Program-made: the position numbers and the translations under genes
Origin: Sphingomonadales bacterium
Lineage (GTDB): Bacteria > Pseudomonadota > Alphaproteobacteria > Sphingomonadales > Sphingomonadaceae
Length of the DNA stretch: 64,000 nt
Assembly (NCBI GenBank): GCA_016720115.1
Contig: JADJXT010000001.1
Span: 330,806 to 394,805, forward strand
Direction of reading: 5' to 3'
Notes under the pieces: model-generated
Told to the model about the DNA's origin: nothing
What the model saw: the letters and a program-made list of their open reading frames with translations, nothing else
The model's database searches: none
Shown: in pieces, positions 37,369 through 46,157 of the stretch
Layout: each line of letters starts with the position of its first letter
Numbering within the stretch: position 1 is the stretch's first letter

Positions 37369-38598
37369 TTACAAACCAGAGCCTTGCCGCTCTTTTTCAT
37401 TGTCAGCCCCCCTAGCAACTACTACCATAAAGGCAAGGTATAATGAATAGAGCAGAAACTCGTGCAACAAGAACAGCAGAAGAAATTCATTGATTTCTAG
37501 TCGATTGTAGCTCCACAAAATAATTGATACCGTCGATGTAAAATATACAATCTGCCAGGATGATCCAATAAAAATTCTTCCTACGAGAGGAAATATTCCA
37601 GAAAATGGTGAAATACAAGATCGAAAAACTATTGGTAATAAACAAAGAATAATAAATTGTGTTTCTGTTCTCCAGATATCTCCCATAAACAAATAAATAA
37701 TTTTTTCTCCAGTAAAATATACTACTATTGAGTACAATAATGCTAGCAAAGCGATCGCAATAAATATCTTTTTTGCGATCGATAGTATCGATTTACCACT
37801 TCGAAAAGCTTCTCCACCATGCTTTAGAAATATTGGAGATATCGACATTGCCAATAGCATCAACGGAGCAGTTATTAATCTTTGCACTTGGGAATACTGC
37901 CCGGCACTTTGATCGCCGAATGCAATTCCGATAAATATAACAGGCATTGCAAGAGTGAGCGAGTCGAGGAGTGTCACCGGCGTCGAAACCACGGAAATTT
38001 GTCGGTACCTCTTTATTTGAGCAAGAGAACCGCCGTGAAATGACAATGACTTTTCACGAAGCAGAATTGCCAGCATGGCCAAGATCGTAACGCCCCAGCT
38101 AAGCAGCATGGAATAAACCAGACTGTTGAATAAGAAGAGCGCGGCGGCAACAAAGGAGGCCGACTGCAATATGCGCAAGGCTGCCGAAGTCCGGAACCTG
38201 CCGAGCCTTGTACAATATGCCCATGTAACAAGTACCATGCCTTGGAAGATTGACGTCGCTGCCGTTGCAATGATTAATTCGAATGTGTCGAGCGGCATGG
38301 CAAATGTGAAAATCTGCTGTAACCCAAGCAACACCAAGGATAGCGCAGGGACGGTCACCAGCGGCAGCCAGAGCGCAAAATTCAATAACGCCCTTACATC
38401 GGGCGAGCTTGCCGAAGATAGTGCCAGATCGAACCGGAGCGCAGCTATTGTTGCGAAAACGCCAGCAATGGCAAAAGAAACCGCGTAAATACCAAACTCT
38501 TGCGGCGAGTAAGCTCGCGTGAGCAAGGGCGTTGCAGCAAAAAGGATAAATTGCCCTGCGCCAACTCCAAAGGCGCTTGTTACGAAATCCCTCCGCAT
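37369..38598 (-). CDS. Wzx-type oligosaccharide flippase (MOP superfamily)
   Basis: About 12 TM spans and an N-terminus (GVGAGQFILFAATPLLTRAYSPQEFGIYAV) typical of polysaccharide biosynthesis/flippase proteins. Very AT-rich. Confidence 0.7.
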   Translation of the reverse strand: MRRDFVTSAFGVGAGQFILFAATPLLTRAYSPQEFGIYAVSFAIAGVFATIAALRFDLALSSASSPDVRALLNFALWLPLVTVPALSLVLLGLQQIFTFAMPLDTFELIIATAATSIFQGMVLVTWAYCTRLGRFRTSAALRILQSASFVAAALFLFNSLVYSMLLSWGVTILAMLAILLREKSLSFHGGSLAQIKRYRQISVVSTPVTLLDSLTLAMPVIFIGIAFGDQSAGQYSQVQRLITAPLMLLAMSISPIFLKHGGEAFRSGKSILSIAKKIFIAIALLALLYSIVVYFTGEKIIYLFMGDIWRTETQFIILCLLPIVFRSCISPFSGIFPLVGRIFIGSSWQIVYFTSTVSIILWSYNRLEINEFLLLFLLHEFLLYSLYLAFMVVVARGADNEKERQGSGL

Positions 38599-38610
38599 GG
38601 TGCGAGCCGC

Positions 38611-39492
38611 TTATCGGTTGCGCTGGAAAAGACGCAGTAAATGCTGCCCATATGCGTTTTTTGCCAATTTCTTGCCGCGTTCCTCAACGTGCTCGGCAGA
38701 CACCCATCCGTTGCGCAATGCGATTTCTTCGAGGCAGGCGATCTTGTGTTGCTGCCGCAACTCGATAGTCTGGACAAAATGGGATGCTTCCAGCAAGCTG
38801 TCGATGGTCCCCGTATCCAGCCAAGCAAAACCCCTGCCCAAAATCTCGACATTTAGCAGTCCCTTTTCGAGATAAACTTGGTTGACGCTGGTGATTTCGA
38901 GTTCACCCCGCGCAGACGGCTTAACCTGTTTAGCAATATCTACAACGTGCTCGTCATAGAAATACAGACCGGTCACTGCGAGGTTGCTTTTCGCATGTAG
39001 CGGCTTTTCTTCAATAGAAACTGCCTTTCGGTTCCTGTCGATTTCAACCACGCCAAACCGTTCTGGGTCGTTGACTTCATATCCGAAAACGGTCGCCCCT
39101 ACAATCCGATCATCAGCGTTGCGCAGGAAGGAGCTGAGGCCTTGGCCAAAGAAAAAATTATCTCCGAGCACTAGACAGGAAGGATGGCCGTTGAGAAAAT
39201 CTTCGCCAATCACGAACGCTTGCGCCAGACCTTCCGGCCGCGGCTGGACGGCGTAGTCGAGCTTTACGCCGAAGTCCGAACCGTCACCCAGTAAGCGCAC
39301 GAAACTCGATTGGTCGTCCGGGGTCGTAATGACCAGTATCTCCCTGATGCCAGCAAGCATCAAAACCGACAGCGGATAGTAGATCAGCGGCTTGTCATAT
39401 ATTGGAAGTAGCTGCTTCGACACGCCCAGTGTGATCGGATGGAGGCGCGTGCCGCTGCCCCCTGCCAATATTATGCCGCGCCGTTCTGTCAT
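38611..39492 (-). CDS. rmlA: Glucose-1-phosphate thymidylyltransferase
   Basis: [52 protein letters not shown] 39492 overlaps the rmlB stop (ATGA). The longer ORF to 39579 is an artefactual extension. Confidence 0.95.
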   Translation of the reverse strand: MTERRGIILAGGSGTRLHPITLGVSKQLLPIYDKPLIYYPLSVLMLAGIREILVITTPDDQSSFVRLLGDGSDFGVKLDYAVQPRPEGLAQAFVIGEDFLNGHPSCLVLGDNFFFGQGLSSFLRNADDRIVGATVFGYEVNDPERFGVVEIDRNRKAVSIEEKPLHAKSNLAVTGLYFYDEHVVDIAKQVKPSARGELEITSVNQVYLEKGLLNVEILGRGFAWLDTGTIDSLLEASHFVQTIELRQQHKIACLEEIALRNGWVSAEHVEERGKKLAKNAYGQHLLRLFQRNR

Positions 39493-40556
39493 TTTGCAGC
39501 CCCGTATTGAGCGTCTATCCATTCTCGGTATGCACCCGATCGAACGTGATCCAGCCAATTCGCATTTTTCAGATACCAATCAACGGTTTTGCGAAGCCCG
39601 CTCTCGAATGTCTCTGATGGACGCCAGCCGATTTCAGCTTCAACCCGCGTTGTGTCGACCGCGTAGCGCCGATCGTGGCCGGGCCTGTCTTTAACAAATG
39701 AAATCTGTTCGGCGTAGCTCCGTCCGTCGGAACGTGGCTGCAGTTCGTCAAGTAACTGACATAATGTTCGAACGACGTCGATATTCTCCTTCTCGCACTG
39801 TCCGCCAATATTGTACGTCTTGCCGGGAATGCCCTCGTCCAGCACCCGTATGATGGCACTGCAGTGATCGCCGACATAAAGCCAGTCACGCACCTGTTTG
39901 CCGTCTCCGTAAACTGGCAGGTTTTTCCCAGATAGTGCATTTGAAATAATCAGCGGGATCAGCTTTTCGGGAAATTGGAAAGGACCGTAATTGTTGCTGC
40001 AGTTGGTTGTTAGCACATTAATGCCATATGTATGATGCCAAGCGCGAACCAAATGGTCGCCTGCTGCCTTGCTTGCGCTGTACGGACTGTTGGGTTCGAA
40101 TCTCCGTGTTTCGGAAAAGGCCGGTTCGTCGGCGCCCAGCGAGCCATAGACCTCGTCGGTACTGACTTGCAAAAACCGAAACGCATCGCGGTTACTCTCT
40201 CCCAGTTGCTTGGTGTAGCTGCGCACGCATTCGAGTAGCTGGAACAGATCTATGATATTGGTTGTTATGAACTGCGCGGGACCGGCAATGGACCGGTCTA
40301 CGTGGCTCTCTGCCGCGAAGTTTATAATGGCGCGAGGCCTGTACTGGTCTAGCAACGACGATATGAGCCCGGCGTCACCGATTGATCCATGAATAAAAAC
40401 ATGTTTTGGCTCGTCCAAAAGCCCGTTGAGGTTCCAACGATTTCCGGCGTATGTCAGCAAATCCAGATTGACGACAGCCTCATCCCGGTCGGCAAGCCAG
40501 TCATACACGAAATTACTGCCTATAAAGCCGGCACCGCCAGTAACAAGAATTGTCAT
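39489..40556 (-). CDS. rmlB: dTDP-glucose 4,6-dehydratase
   Basis: [17 protein letters not shown], catalytic [15 protein letters not shown], length 355 aa. Confidence 0.95.
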   Translation of the reverse strand: MTILVTGGAGFIGSNFVYDWLADRDEAVVNLDLLTYAGNRWNLNGLLDEPKHVFIHGSIGDAGLISSLLDQYRPRAIINFAAESHVDRSIAGPAQFITTNIIDLFQLLECVRSYTKQLGESNRDAFRFLQVSTDEVYGSLGADEPAFSETRRFEPNSPYSASKAAGDHLVRAWHHTYGINVLTTNCSNNYGPFQFPEKLIPLIISNALSGKNLPVYGDGKQVRDWLYVGDHCSAIIRVLDEGIPGKTYNIGGQCEKENIDVVRTLCQLLDELQPRSDGRSYAEQISFVKDRPGHDRRYAVDTTRVEAEIGWRPSETFESGLRKTVDWYLKNANWLDHVRSGAYREWIDAQYGAAK

Positions 40557-40610
40557 TAACGCCTCGACGTCAGGAGTTGGAAAAAGAATGAAGTTTGTCG
40601 ACGCGTCGCA

Positions 40611-41183
40611 TCAAACGGTCGAAAGTTTCCCGTTCGATAGGACATATTGCATTCCAGTGCGCGGACATTTCAACTCATCGCCCAATCGTTCGCCAGCGTG
40701 GCTAACCCAGCCAATTTGACGTGCAGGATTACCAATCACCAATGCGTGCGGTGCCACATCCTTGGTCACGACGGACCCTGCTCCAACCATTGCAAATTCA
40801 CCAATCGTATTGCCGCATACGATAGTGCAATTGGCGCCCAATGTAGCCCCCCGCTTGACAAGCGTCGAAGCAAATTCGTCTTTCCGTTCAACATGAGCCC
40901 GCGGTGTCAGAACATTTGTGAAAACCATCGACGGTCCACAGAAGACGTCGTCTTCAAGCGATACGCCCTTATATACGGAAACGTTGTTCTGTATCTTGCA
41001 TCCGTTGCCGACGCGGACATCCGGGCCGATCACAACGTTCTGCCCGATCGAACAATTGTTGCCGATGACTGTGTTGGGCAAGATGTGGCTGAAGTGCCAC
41101 AATTTTGTACCTCTTCCGATTTCGCTGCCCTCATCGACAACAGCGGTTTCGTGAATAATTGTTTTATCTTCAGCGCTGTACAT
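40611..41183 (-). CDS. Hexapeptide-repeat N-acetyltransferase, WbpD/WlbB-like
   Basis: [62 protein letters not shown].. and the C-terminal [11 protein letters not shown] follow the WbpD pattern. It overlaps the upstream Gfo/Idh/MocA gene. Confidence 0.85.
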   Translation of the reverse strand: MYSAEDKTIIHETAVVDEGSEIGRGTKLWHFSHILPNTVIGNNCSIGQNVVIGPDVRVGNGCKIQNNVSVYKGVSLEDDVFCGPSMVFTNVLTPRAHVERKDEFASTLVKRGATLGANCTIVCGNTIGEFAMVGAGSVVTKDVAPHALVIGNPARQIGWVSHAGERLGDELKCPRTGMQYVLSNGKLSTV

Positions 41184-42159
41184 TCACCCAATTCCCTTTT
41201 TGATCGATTGACGACTGGGCCGCTTGAAGCACGGTCAGAACGCGGATCGCCTCCTTGGAATCTGTCCGCGGGATCGAACCACTCGCCACGCAGTCAAGGA
41301 AGTGCTGCATTTCAGCTTTGAGCGGTTCATCCTGTTCAACTGGCAAATATTTGGAGCATTTCAGCGACGCGAACGGCCTACTTTCTTTCCAGTCCACAGA
41401 ATATTCGGACCAATGAAGTTTTTGGTCCCAAGATTGCCGATCATCGAAAATCGCCATTGCGCTGTCGCCAATCACGACCAATTTCTGAACCTTTTCAGGG
41501 TTGAGCCATCGTGATGAAATTTCTGCCGTTTTTCCACCTTCGAATTCTAGATGAATCGTAGAAACATCTATAATTCCAGGCTGGAGAAAGTCGTTTCCAA
41601 TCGCGGCAACCCTTGTTGGCAACTCATTTAGCAGACCGAGTACCATCGATATGTCGTGCGGAGCAAAACTCCACATCACGTTCTCCTCGCTGCGCAAAAC
41701 CCCAAGGTTCAGTCGCTGTGATACAACATGCTTTACTGTGCCCATACGATTTGCACGAACAAGCCCTACCAGTTCATTGAATACAGGATGGTAGTGCATA
41801 AGGTGGCCTACCATCAATATCAGCCTCCGATCATGGGCAAATCTGGCCATTTCATTCGCCTCATCAAGGGACGTCGCGATCGGCTTTTCAACGTAAACAT
41901 GCTTGTTTGCGGACAGCGCAGCCATGGCATGTCTGAAATGCTGTTCTGCCGGCGAAGCTATCACAATGCCTGAAACAGATGTATCCTGCGTCGCAGAGTC
42001 TATGTCAGCGGAATAGCTTACGCCCATCTCTTGCGCTATATTAGCAGCGGCAGGGGACGGATCAATAATCCAGCGAAGAACGCCTAAGTCATGAAGGTTA
42101 CGGGCCAAGTTCCGGCCCCATCCTCCGCAACCGATCAGCCCAAACCAGGAAGCTTGCAT
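41170..42159 (-). CDS. Gfo/Idh/MocA-family oxidoreductase, WbpB/WlbA-like (UDP-GlcNAcA 3-dehydrogenase type)
   Basis: [16 protein letters not shown] Rossmann fold and the YVEKPIA motif. It is adjacent to a WbpD-like gene. Confidence 0.8.
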   Translation of the reverse strand: MQASWFGLIGCGGWGRNLARNLHDLGVLRWIIDPSPAAANIAQEMGVSYSADIDSATQDTSVSGIVIASPAEQHFRHAMAALSANKHVYVEKPIATSLDEANEMARFAHDRRLILMVGHLMHYHPVFNELVGLVRANRMGTVKHVVSQRLNLGVLRSEENVMWSFAPHDISMVLGLLNELPTRVAAIGNDFLQPGIIDVSTIHLEFEGGKTAEISSRWLNPEKVQKLVVIGDSAMAIFDDRQSWDQKLHWSEYSVDWKESRPFASLKCSKYLPVEQDEPLKAEMQHFLDCVASGSIPRTDSKEAIRVLTVLQAAQSSIDQKGNWVNVQR

Positions 42160-42212
42160 AAGTTTCTATACCTGTCCTATTTTTAAACAATGAAGTCTGT
42201 ATTTCAATCGAT

Positions 42213-42222
42213 CGGCAAAATT
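42213..42222. repeat. Left target-site duplication of the IS256-family element (CGGCAAAATT)
   Basis: An identical 10-mer occurs at 43643-43652, immediately outside the inverted repeats. The true duplication may be the first 8-9 nt. Confidence 0.85.
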
Positions 42223-42272
42223 GGTCGCGTCCGTCAAGGTGGTGTAATTTCGGCTGTGGCCGTGGGCCATCG

Positions 42273-43427
42273 TCAGGCGGCTTTGGCGGTGATGTGTAGG
42301 GGCTGATTTTCCTCCTCGATCATGGGTTGGTTGAGTTCGGCCATGCCTTCGATCTGCATGTATCGGTGCTGGAGCTGCCACTCGTCGTTCTGCTCCATCA
42401 GCACAGCCCCGACGAGGCGGATGATGCTGTCTTCGTTCGGGAAGATTCCGACGACGTCGGCGCGGCGCTTGACCTCCTTGTTGAGCCGCTCGAGCGGATT
42501 GGTTGAGTGTAACTTCGTGCGGTGCTGGGTGGGAAAGCCGGTGTAGGCGAGCACGTCGGTTTCGGCCTCGTCCATGCAGGCGCCGAGCTTGGGCCAACGG
42601 GTGCGCAACTGGTCGGCGACCTGTCGCCAGACCTGCGTTGCGCTTTTCTGATCGGGCTGCAGGAAGACCTGGCGGATCGCGGCGGCGACGACAGTGTTCT
42701 GGCCCTTGGGCACATAGGACAGGGCATTGCGCATGAAGTGCACCCGGCAGCGCTGCCAGGTGGCGCCCATGACGCGGGTGATCGCGCCCTTGAGGCCCTC
42801 GTGAGCATCGGAGATGACCAGCTTCACGCCGGTAAGACCGCGCCGAACAAGGTCCTTCAGGAAGTCGGACCAGAAGACCTCCGCTTCCGAGGGGCCGATA
42901 TGCAGGCCGACGATCTCGCGCCGGCCCTCGGTGTTGACGGCCATGGCGATTATTGCGGCAACGCTGATGATCCGCCCGCCTTCGCGTACCTTGAGATAGG
43001 TGGCATCGAGCCAGAGATACGGCCATTCGCCGGTGAGCGGGCGTTTCAGAAAGGCATGGACGCGCTCGTCAATGTCCTTGCAAAGCTTGGAGACGGTGGA
43101 CTTGGAGATGCCGGTCATGCCCATGGCCTGGACGAGTTCATCGACCCGCCGGGTGCTGACCCCGCCGATCCACGCTTCCTGGATCACCGCAACCAGCGCT
43201 TTCTCGACCATCTTGCGGGGCTCAAGGAAGCCCGGAAAGTAGGACCCAGCACGCAGCTTGGGGATTTTCAGGTTCAGCGTGCCTACCCGGGTATCCAGCG
43301 AACGGTCGCGATAGCCGTTGCGCCAGGTCGCGCGCTCGCTGCTGCGTTCGTGGCGACCCGCGCCGATCAGGCCATCAACGTCGGCCTCCATGATCAGCTG
43401 CAGCACGTTCTCGGCGATGGTGCGCAA
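42273..43427 (-). CDS. IS256-family (mutator-type) transposase; the first ~20 codons lie in a different frame
   Basis: LIGAGRHERS..RNGYRDRSLDTRVGTLNLKIPKLRAGSYFPGFLEPRKMVEKALVAVIQEAWIGGVSTRRVDELV..YLWLDATYLKV..ISDAHEGLK. The expected N-terminus MTEDRLLIEELAAKGGQPDF starts at ATG 43486 (GAGGAG RBS) in the +1-displaced frame. The junction is at a T5 run (plus-strand A run 43426-43430). Confidence 0.9.
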   Translation of the reverse strand: MRTIAENVLQLIMEADVDGLIGAGRHERSSERATWRNGYRDRSLDTRVGTLNLKIPKLRAGSYFPGFLEPRKMVEKALVAVIQEAWIGGVSTRRVDELVQAMGMTGISKSTVSKLCKDIDERVHAFLKRPLTGEWPYLWLDATYLKVREGGRIISVAAIIAMAVNTEGRREIVGLHIGPSEAEVFWSDFLKDLVRRGLTGVKLVISDAHEGLKGAITRVMGATWQRCRVHFMRNALSYVPKGQNTVVAAAIRQVFLQPDQKSATQVWRQVADQLRTRWPKLGACMDEAETDVLAYTGFPTQHRTKLHSTNPLERLNKEVKRRADVVGIFPNEDSIIRLVGAVLMEQNDEWQLQHRYMQIEGMAELNQPMIEEENQPLHITAKAA

Positions 43428-43564
43428 AAATCCGGTTGGCCGCCCTTCGCAGCAAGCTCTTCGATCAGTAATCTGTCCTCGGTCATCGGGAACTCCTCTT
43501 CGTCACGGTTGAAGTGTGCAAACTCCACCATAACGATGAACCCGGTGGCCACCAGCGACGCCGC

Positions 43565-43596
43565 ATTCCGGGGTGGGGCATGCCCCACCCCGGAAT
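43565..43596. repeat. 32-bp perfect palindrome ATTCCGGGGTGGGGCATGCCCCACCCCGGAAT inside the IS, upstream of the transposase start
   Basis: Read directly. It is fully self-complementary. Confidence 0.95.
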
Positions 43597-43642
43597 ACAC
43601 CATCGCCTACACCGGAAATTACACCACGAGCGCGGACGCTAA

Positions 43643-43652
43643 CGGCAAAATT
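43643..43652. repeat. Right target-site duplication of the IS256-family element (CGGCAAAATT)
   Basis: Identical to 42213-42222. Confidence 0.85.
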
Positions 43653-43757
43653 TTCCGCTGTATACATGGTTGATAAGTTTATCGGCTCCATCATGGAAAT
43701 TGACTTGTAAGTTCTTCGGATTTTAACGGAAATTTTTCAGAAGCCGAATGCGACACA

Positions 43758-45959
43758 TCAGTCGCGCTGTCCATAACCATAGCCATAGCCATAGCCATAG
43801 CCATAGCCAGCCTGCTTGCTCCTGAGCTTTGTAAGAACGACGCCAAGAACATGCGCATGCACCGATTGCAAGCGACCAAGCGAAGCCTTGATGCCGCGCA
43901 CAGCAACTCCTTCCGCTTCAGCTACAAACACACAGCCCTCAACAGCGCGTGCAAGCAGCGGAGCATCCGCCAAGCCTAGGATCGGCGGGGAGTCGATTAC
44001 AATATGGTCGAAATGCTCGGTTAGCTGGCGAACGAGCATTAGCATGCGATCGCTGCTTAGCAGTTCTGCAGCACTGGGAGGTGTGGGACCAGCCGGCATC
44101 AGATGGAGGCCCTTCACGCCCGTATCGAGGACTAATGGGCGCCAATCATTCTCGCCTGCAAGAAAATTGCTTAGCCCCATCTTGTTCGTTTGCCCCATAA
44201 ATTGATGCATTGAAGGCGAACGCATGTCGGCGTCGAGAAGTAGCACTTTCTTTCCTGTCCGCCCCAGAACAGTCGCAATCGCAAGGCTCGACGTACTTTT
44301 GCCCTCTGCAGGCCTCGTACTGGTGACCATGAGCGAACGAGGAACGCCATGGTCTGTCGAGAAGGCGAGGTTCGAACGGATACTCAGGTACGCTTCGGAC
44401 AGAGCCGATTTAGGATCTTTCAAGAGCTCGAGCGCATCATTTTCCTCAGTATCTGGAACACTGCCGAGTAGTGGAACTTGTAGAAGTCGATTGACCTGAG
44501 TTGGATCGCGTAAGCCTTCGTCGACCTGATCAAGGGCAAAGGTTGCAATTGCTGCTAATCCCACACCTGCAATTAATGCGATAGCAAGATTCAAAAGCAA
44601 GTTCGGAGAAGAAGGCTTTTCCGGGATCTTTGCCGTGTCGACGATCGCGATATTATTGGCGCCAACACCGGCAACGCCGATCTCCTTGTAACGTTGCAGG
44701 AGGCCGTCATAGAGTTCACGGTTAGTATCTGCCTCGCGCTGATAGATATTATACTGGATACTGTCCTTTTGTTGCCGGTTCATGCGGGCCTTCAGGTCGT
44801 CAACTTCGCTTTTGAGGTCGGCTTCGCGCTGAAGGGCCTCGCGATATTCAGATGAACGGCTGGTGAGTACCCGGTTTTCTTCGCGTGCGATACTAACATC
44901 AAGTGCTTTTAGTTGCTCGGACAAAGCCACTGCAGCCGGATAACCCGGCTCGAACTGAGCCATCATCTTGGCATATTCAGCGGCAACCTCGGCACGCTTT
45001 TGTCGCAGTTGGCCAATCGCAATATTATTCAGAGCCTCCGCATTGGCGCCACCACCGCGCTGCTGCGCTCTGCTTTCAGCCGTAATGCGATTGGCCGTTG
45101 CCGCGGCAAGTGCGCTGTTCAACGCCTCCAAATCACTCGACACGAGCGTGCGCTCAACCTCGGTTCGACCATCGGCGCTCTTGCTCTTGCCGAGGGCAAC
45201 AATGCCCTTAGTTTCGGCATAGTTTACGAGATCGCGTTCCGACGTTTCGAGGCGGGCGCGCAGATCAGCAAGTCGGCCCTCAAGAAACTTGCGTGCGTCC
45301 GCGGTGGAAGCAAATCTACGGTCCATGCTCTGGACAATGAACTGTTCGGTCCAGGTGTTTGAAATCTGTGCAGATAGTGAAGGTGATGCGCTGGTGTAAC
45401 TGATGTCGACAAGTGCAGAGCTACGAATTGGCGAGATCGAGACGTTTTTCATGAGAACGTCGATAGCGAGCTTTTCTCGCTTTTGTCGTTCTGCATTGTT
45501 GAGCGGTTGACCTGATTTGTTCGCAAACAAGGCATTGTCATCCGGACTAACCCCATGCGCCTCAAAGAATTCATCTTTGGTGGAAAGGCGCAACTGGCGC
45601 GAGACACGTTCGGCGAGTGATCGGGCTTGGAGCAGCGAATATTGCGTCTGGTAGAATTCAAGATCGCGACCGGCATCTTGCGATTCAAGCCCCTCAATCG
45701 TGGTAACTTTCTTTTGGTCACGACTGATTTCAACGCGCGATGTCGCCGTATATTGAGGCGTTGCCAGCAAGGTCAGGACTAGGCCGATTGCAACAGCAGC
45801 AGCTACGATGCCCGCGATCACCCATTTCCAGCGCAGCACGACCTGCCAATATTGGAGCAGGATTGGCGGAGCGAGGCTTGTCGCCTCGTCACCTTGCGCA
45901 TTTCCGAACGCACCTGCCACTTGACCAGTCGCTAACGCCGGGGGTGTGGATTGCAACAT
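43758..45959 (-). CDS. Polysaccharide co-polymerase / BY-tyrosine autokinase (Wzc/ExoP/GumC-type, PCP-2a)
   Basis: N-terminal TM, long coiled periplasmic region, second TM. Kinase motifs are present: Walker A TSTRPAEGKSTSSLAIA, A-prime VLLLDADMRSP, Walker B HIVIDSPPILGLADA. The C-terminal tail is AGYGYGYGYGYGYGQRD. Confidence 0.9.
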   Translation of the reverse strand: MLQSTPPALATGQVAGAFGNAQGDEATSLAPPILLQYWQVVLRWKWVIAGIVAAAVAIGLVLTLLATPQYTATSRVEISRDQKKVTTIEGLESQDAGRDLEFYQTQYSLLQARSLAERVSRQLRLSTKDEFFEAHGVSPDDNALFANKSGQPLNNAERQKREKLAIDVLMKNVSISPIRSSALVDISYTSASPSLSAQISNTWTEQFIVQSMDRRFASTADARKFLEGRLADLRARLETSERDLVNYAETKGIVALGKSKSADGRTEVERTLVSSDLEALNSALAAATANRITAESRAQQRGGGANAEALNNIAIGQLRQKRAEVAAEYAKMMAQFEPGYPAAVALSEQLKALDVSIAREENRVLTSRSSEYREALQREADLKSEVDDLKARMNRQQKDSIQYNIYQREADTNRELYDGLLQRYKEIGVAGVGANNIAIVDTAKIPEKPSSPNLLLNLAIALIAGVGLAAIATFALDQVDEGLRDPTQVNRLLQVPLLGSVPDTEENDALELLKDPKSALSEAYLSIRSNLAFSTDHGVPRSLMVTSTRPAEGKSTSSLAIATVLGRTGKKVLLLDADMRSPSMHQFMGQTNKMGLSNFLAGENDWRPLVLDTGVKGLHLMPAGPTPPSAAELLSSDRMLMLVRQLTEHFDHIVIDSPPILGLADAPLLARAVEGCVFVAEAEGVAVRGIKASLGRLQSVHAHVLGVVLTKLRSKQAGYGYGYGYGYGYGQRD
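43771..43806. repeat. Hexanucleotide tandem repeat (CCATAG/CCATAA x6) encoding the (GY)6 tail of the tyrosine kinase
   Basis: Read directly: CCATAACCATAGCCATAGCCATAGCCATAGCCATAG. Confidence 0.95.
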
Positions 45960-46157
45960 TTCCGTCCTTGTTTCAAAGCTATATTATGTTCTTGCAGCCC
46001 AAATATTGGTCGGATTGGGCCTGTGCATGCTTGCGGAGCGAGCTAGCTTAAAGAATGGCTAAGTTCTACCCTTTTTATCCGCACTTTTATGAACCGGGGC
46101 TAACAGGCTGGCCACCTTGGCCTCCCTTGCCAAATTTCATCGCACAACTTAGTTGCG

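Larger units (their letters stand above)
42223..43642 (-). mobile_element. IS256-family insertion sequence, structurally complete
   Basis: Imperfect terminal inverted repeats: left GGTCGCGTCCGTCAAGGTGGTGTAATTTCGG, and the right end as reverse complement TTAGCGTCCGCGCTCGTGGTGTAATTTCCGG. It has flanking direct repeats, an internal mutator-type transposase gene, and GC higher than the surrounding glycan genes. Confidence 0.9.

Noticed and set aside
38611-39579. 322-aa version of rmlA
   Set aside because: The canonical RmlA N-terminus begins at ATG 39492, which overlaps the rmlB stop. The 29 extra codons lie within rmlB.
42166-43026. 286-aa Arg-rich ORF within the IS256-family element
   Set aside because: It is an alternate frame of the transposase gene with a low-complexity translation, and IS256-family elements are not known to need a second protein.
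43771-43806. Short tandem repeat as a CRISPR-like or intergenic microsatellite
   Set aside because: The units are 6 nt with no spacers. The tract is in frame inside the Wzc-like gene and encodes the GY tail.
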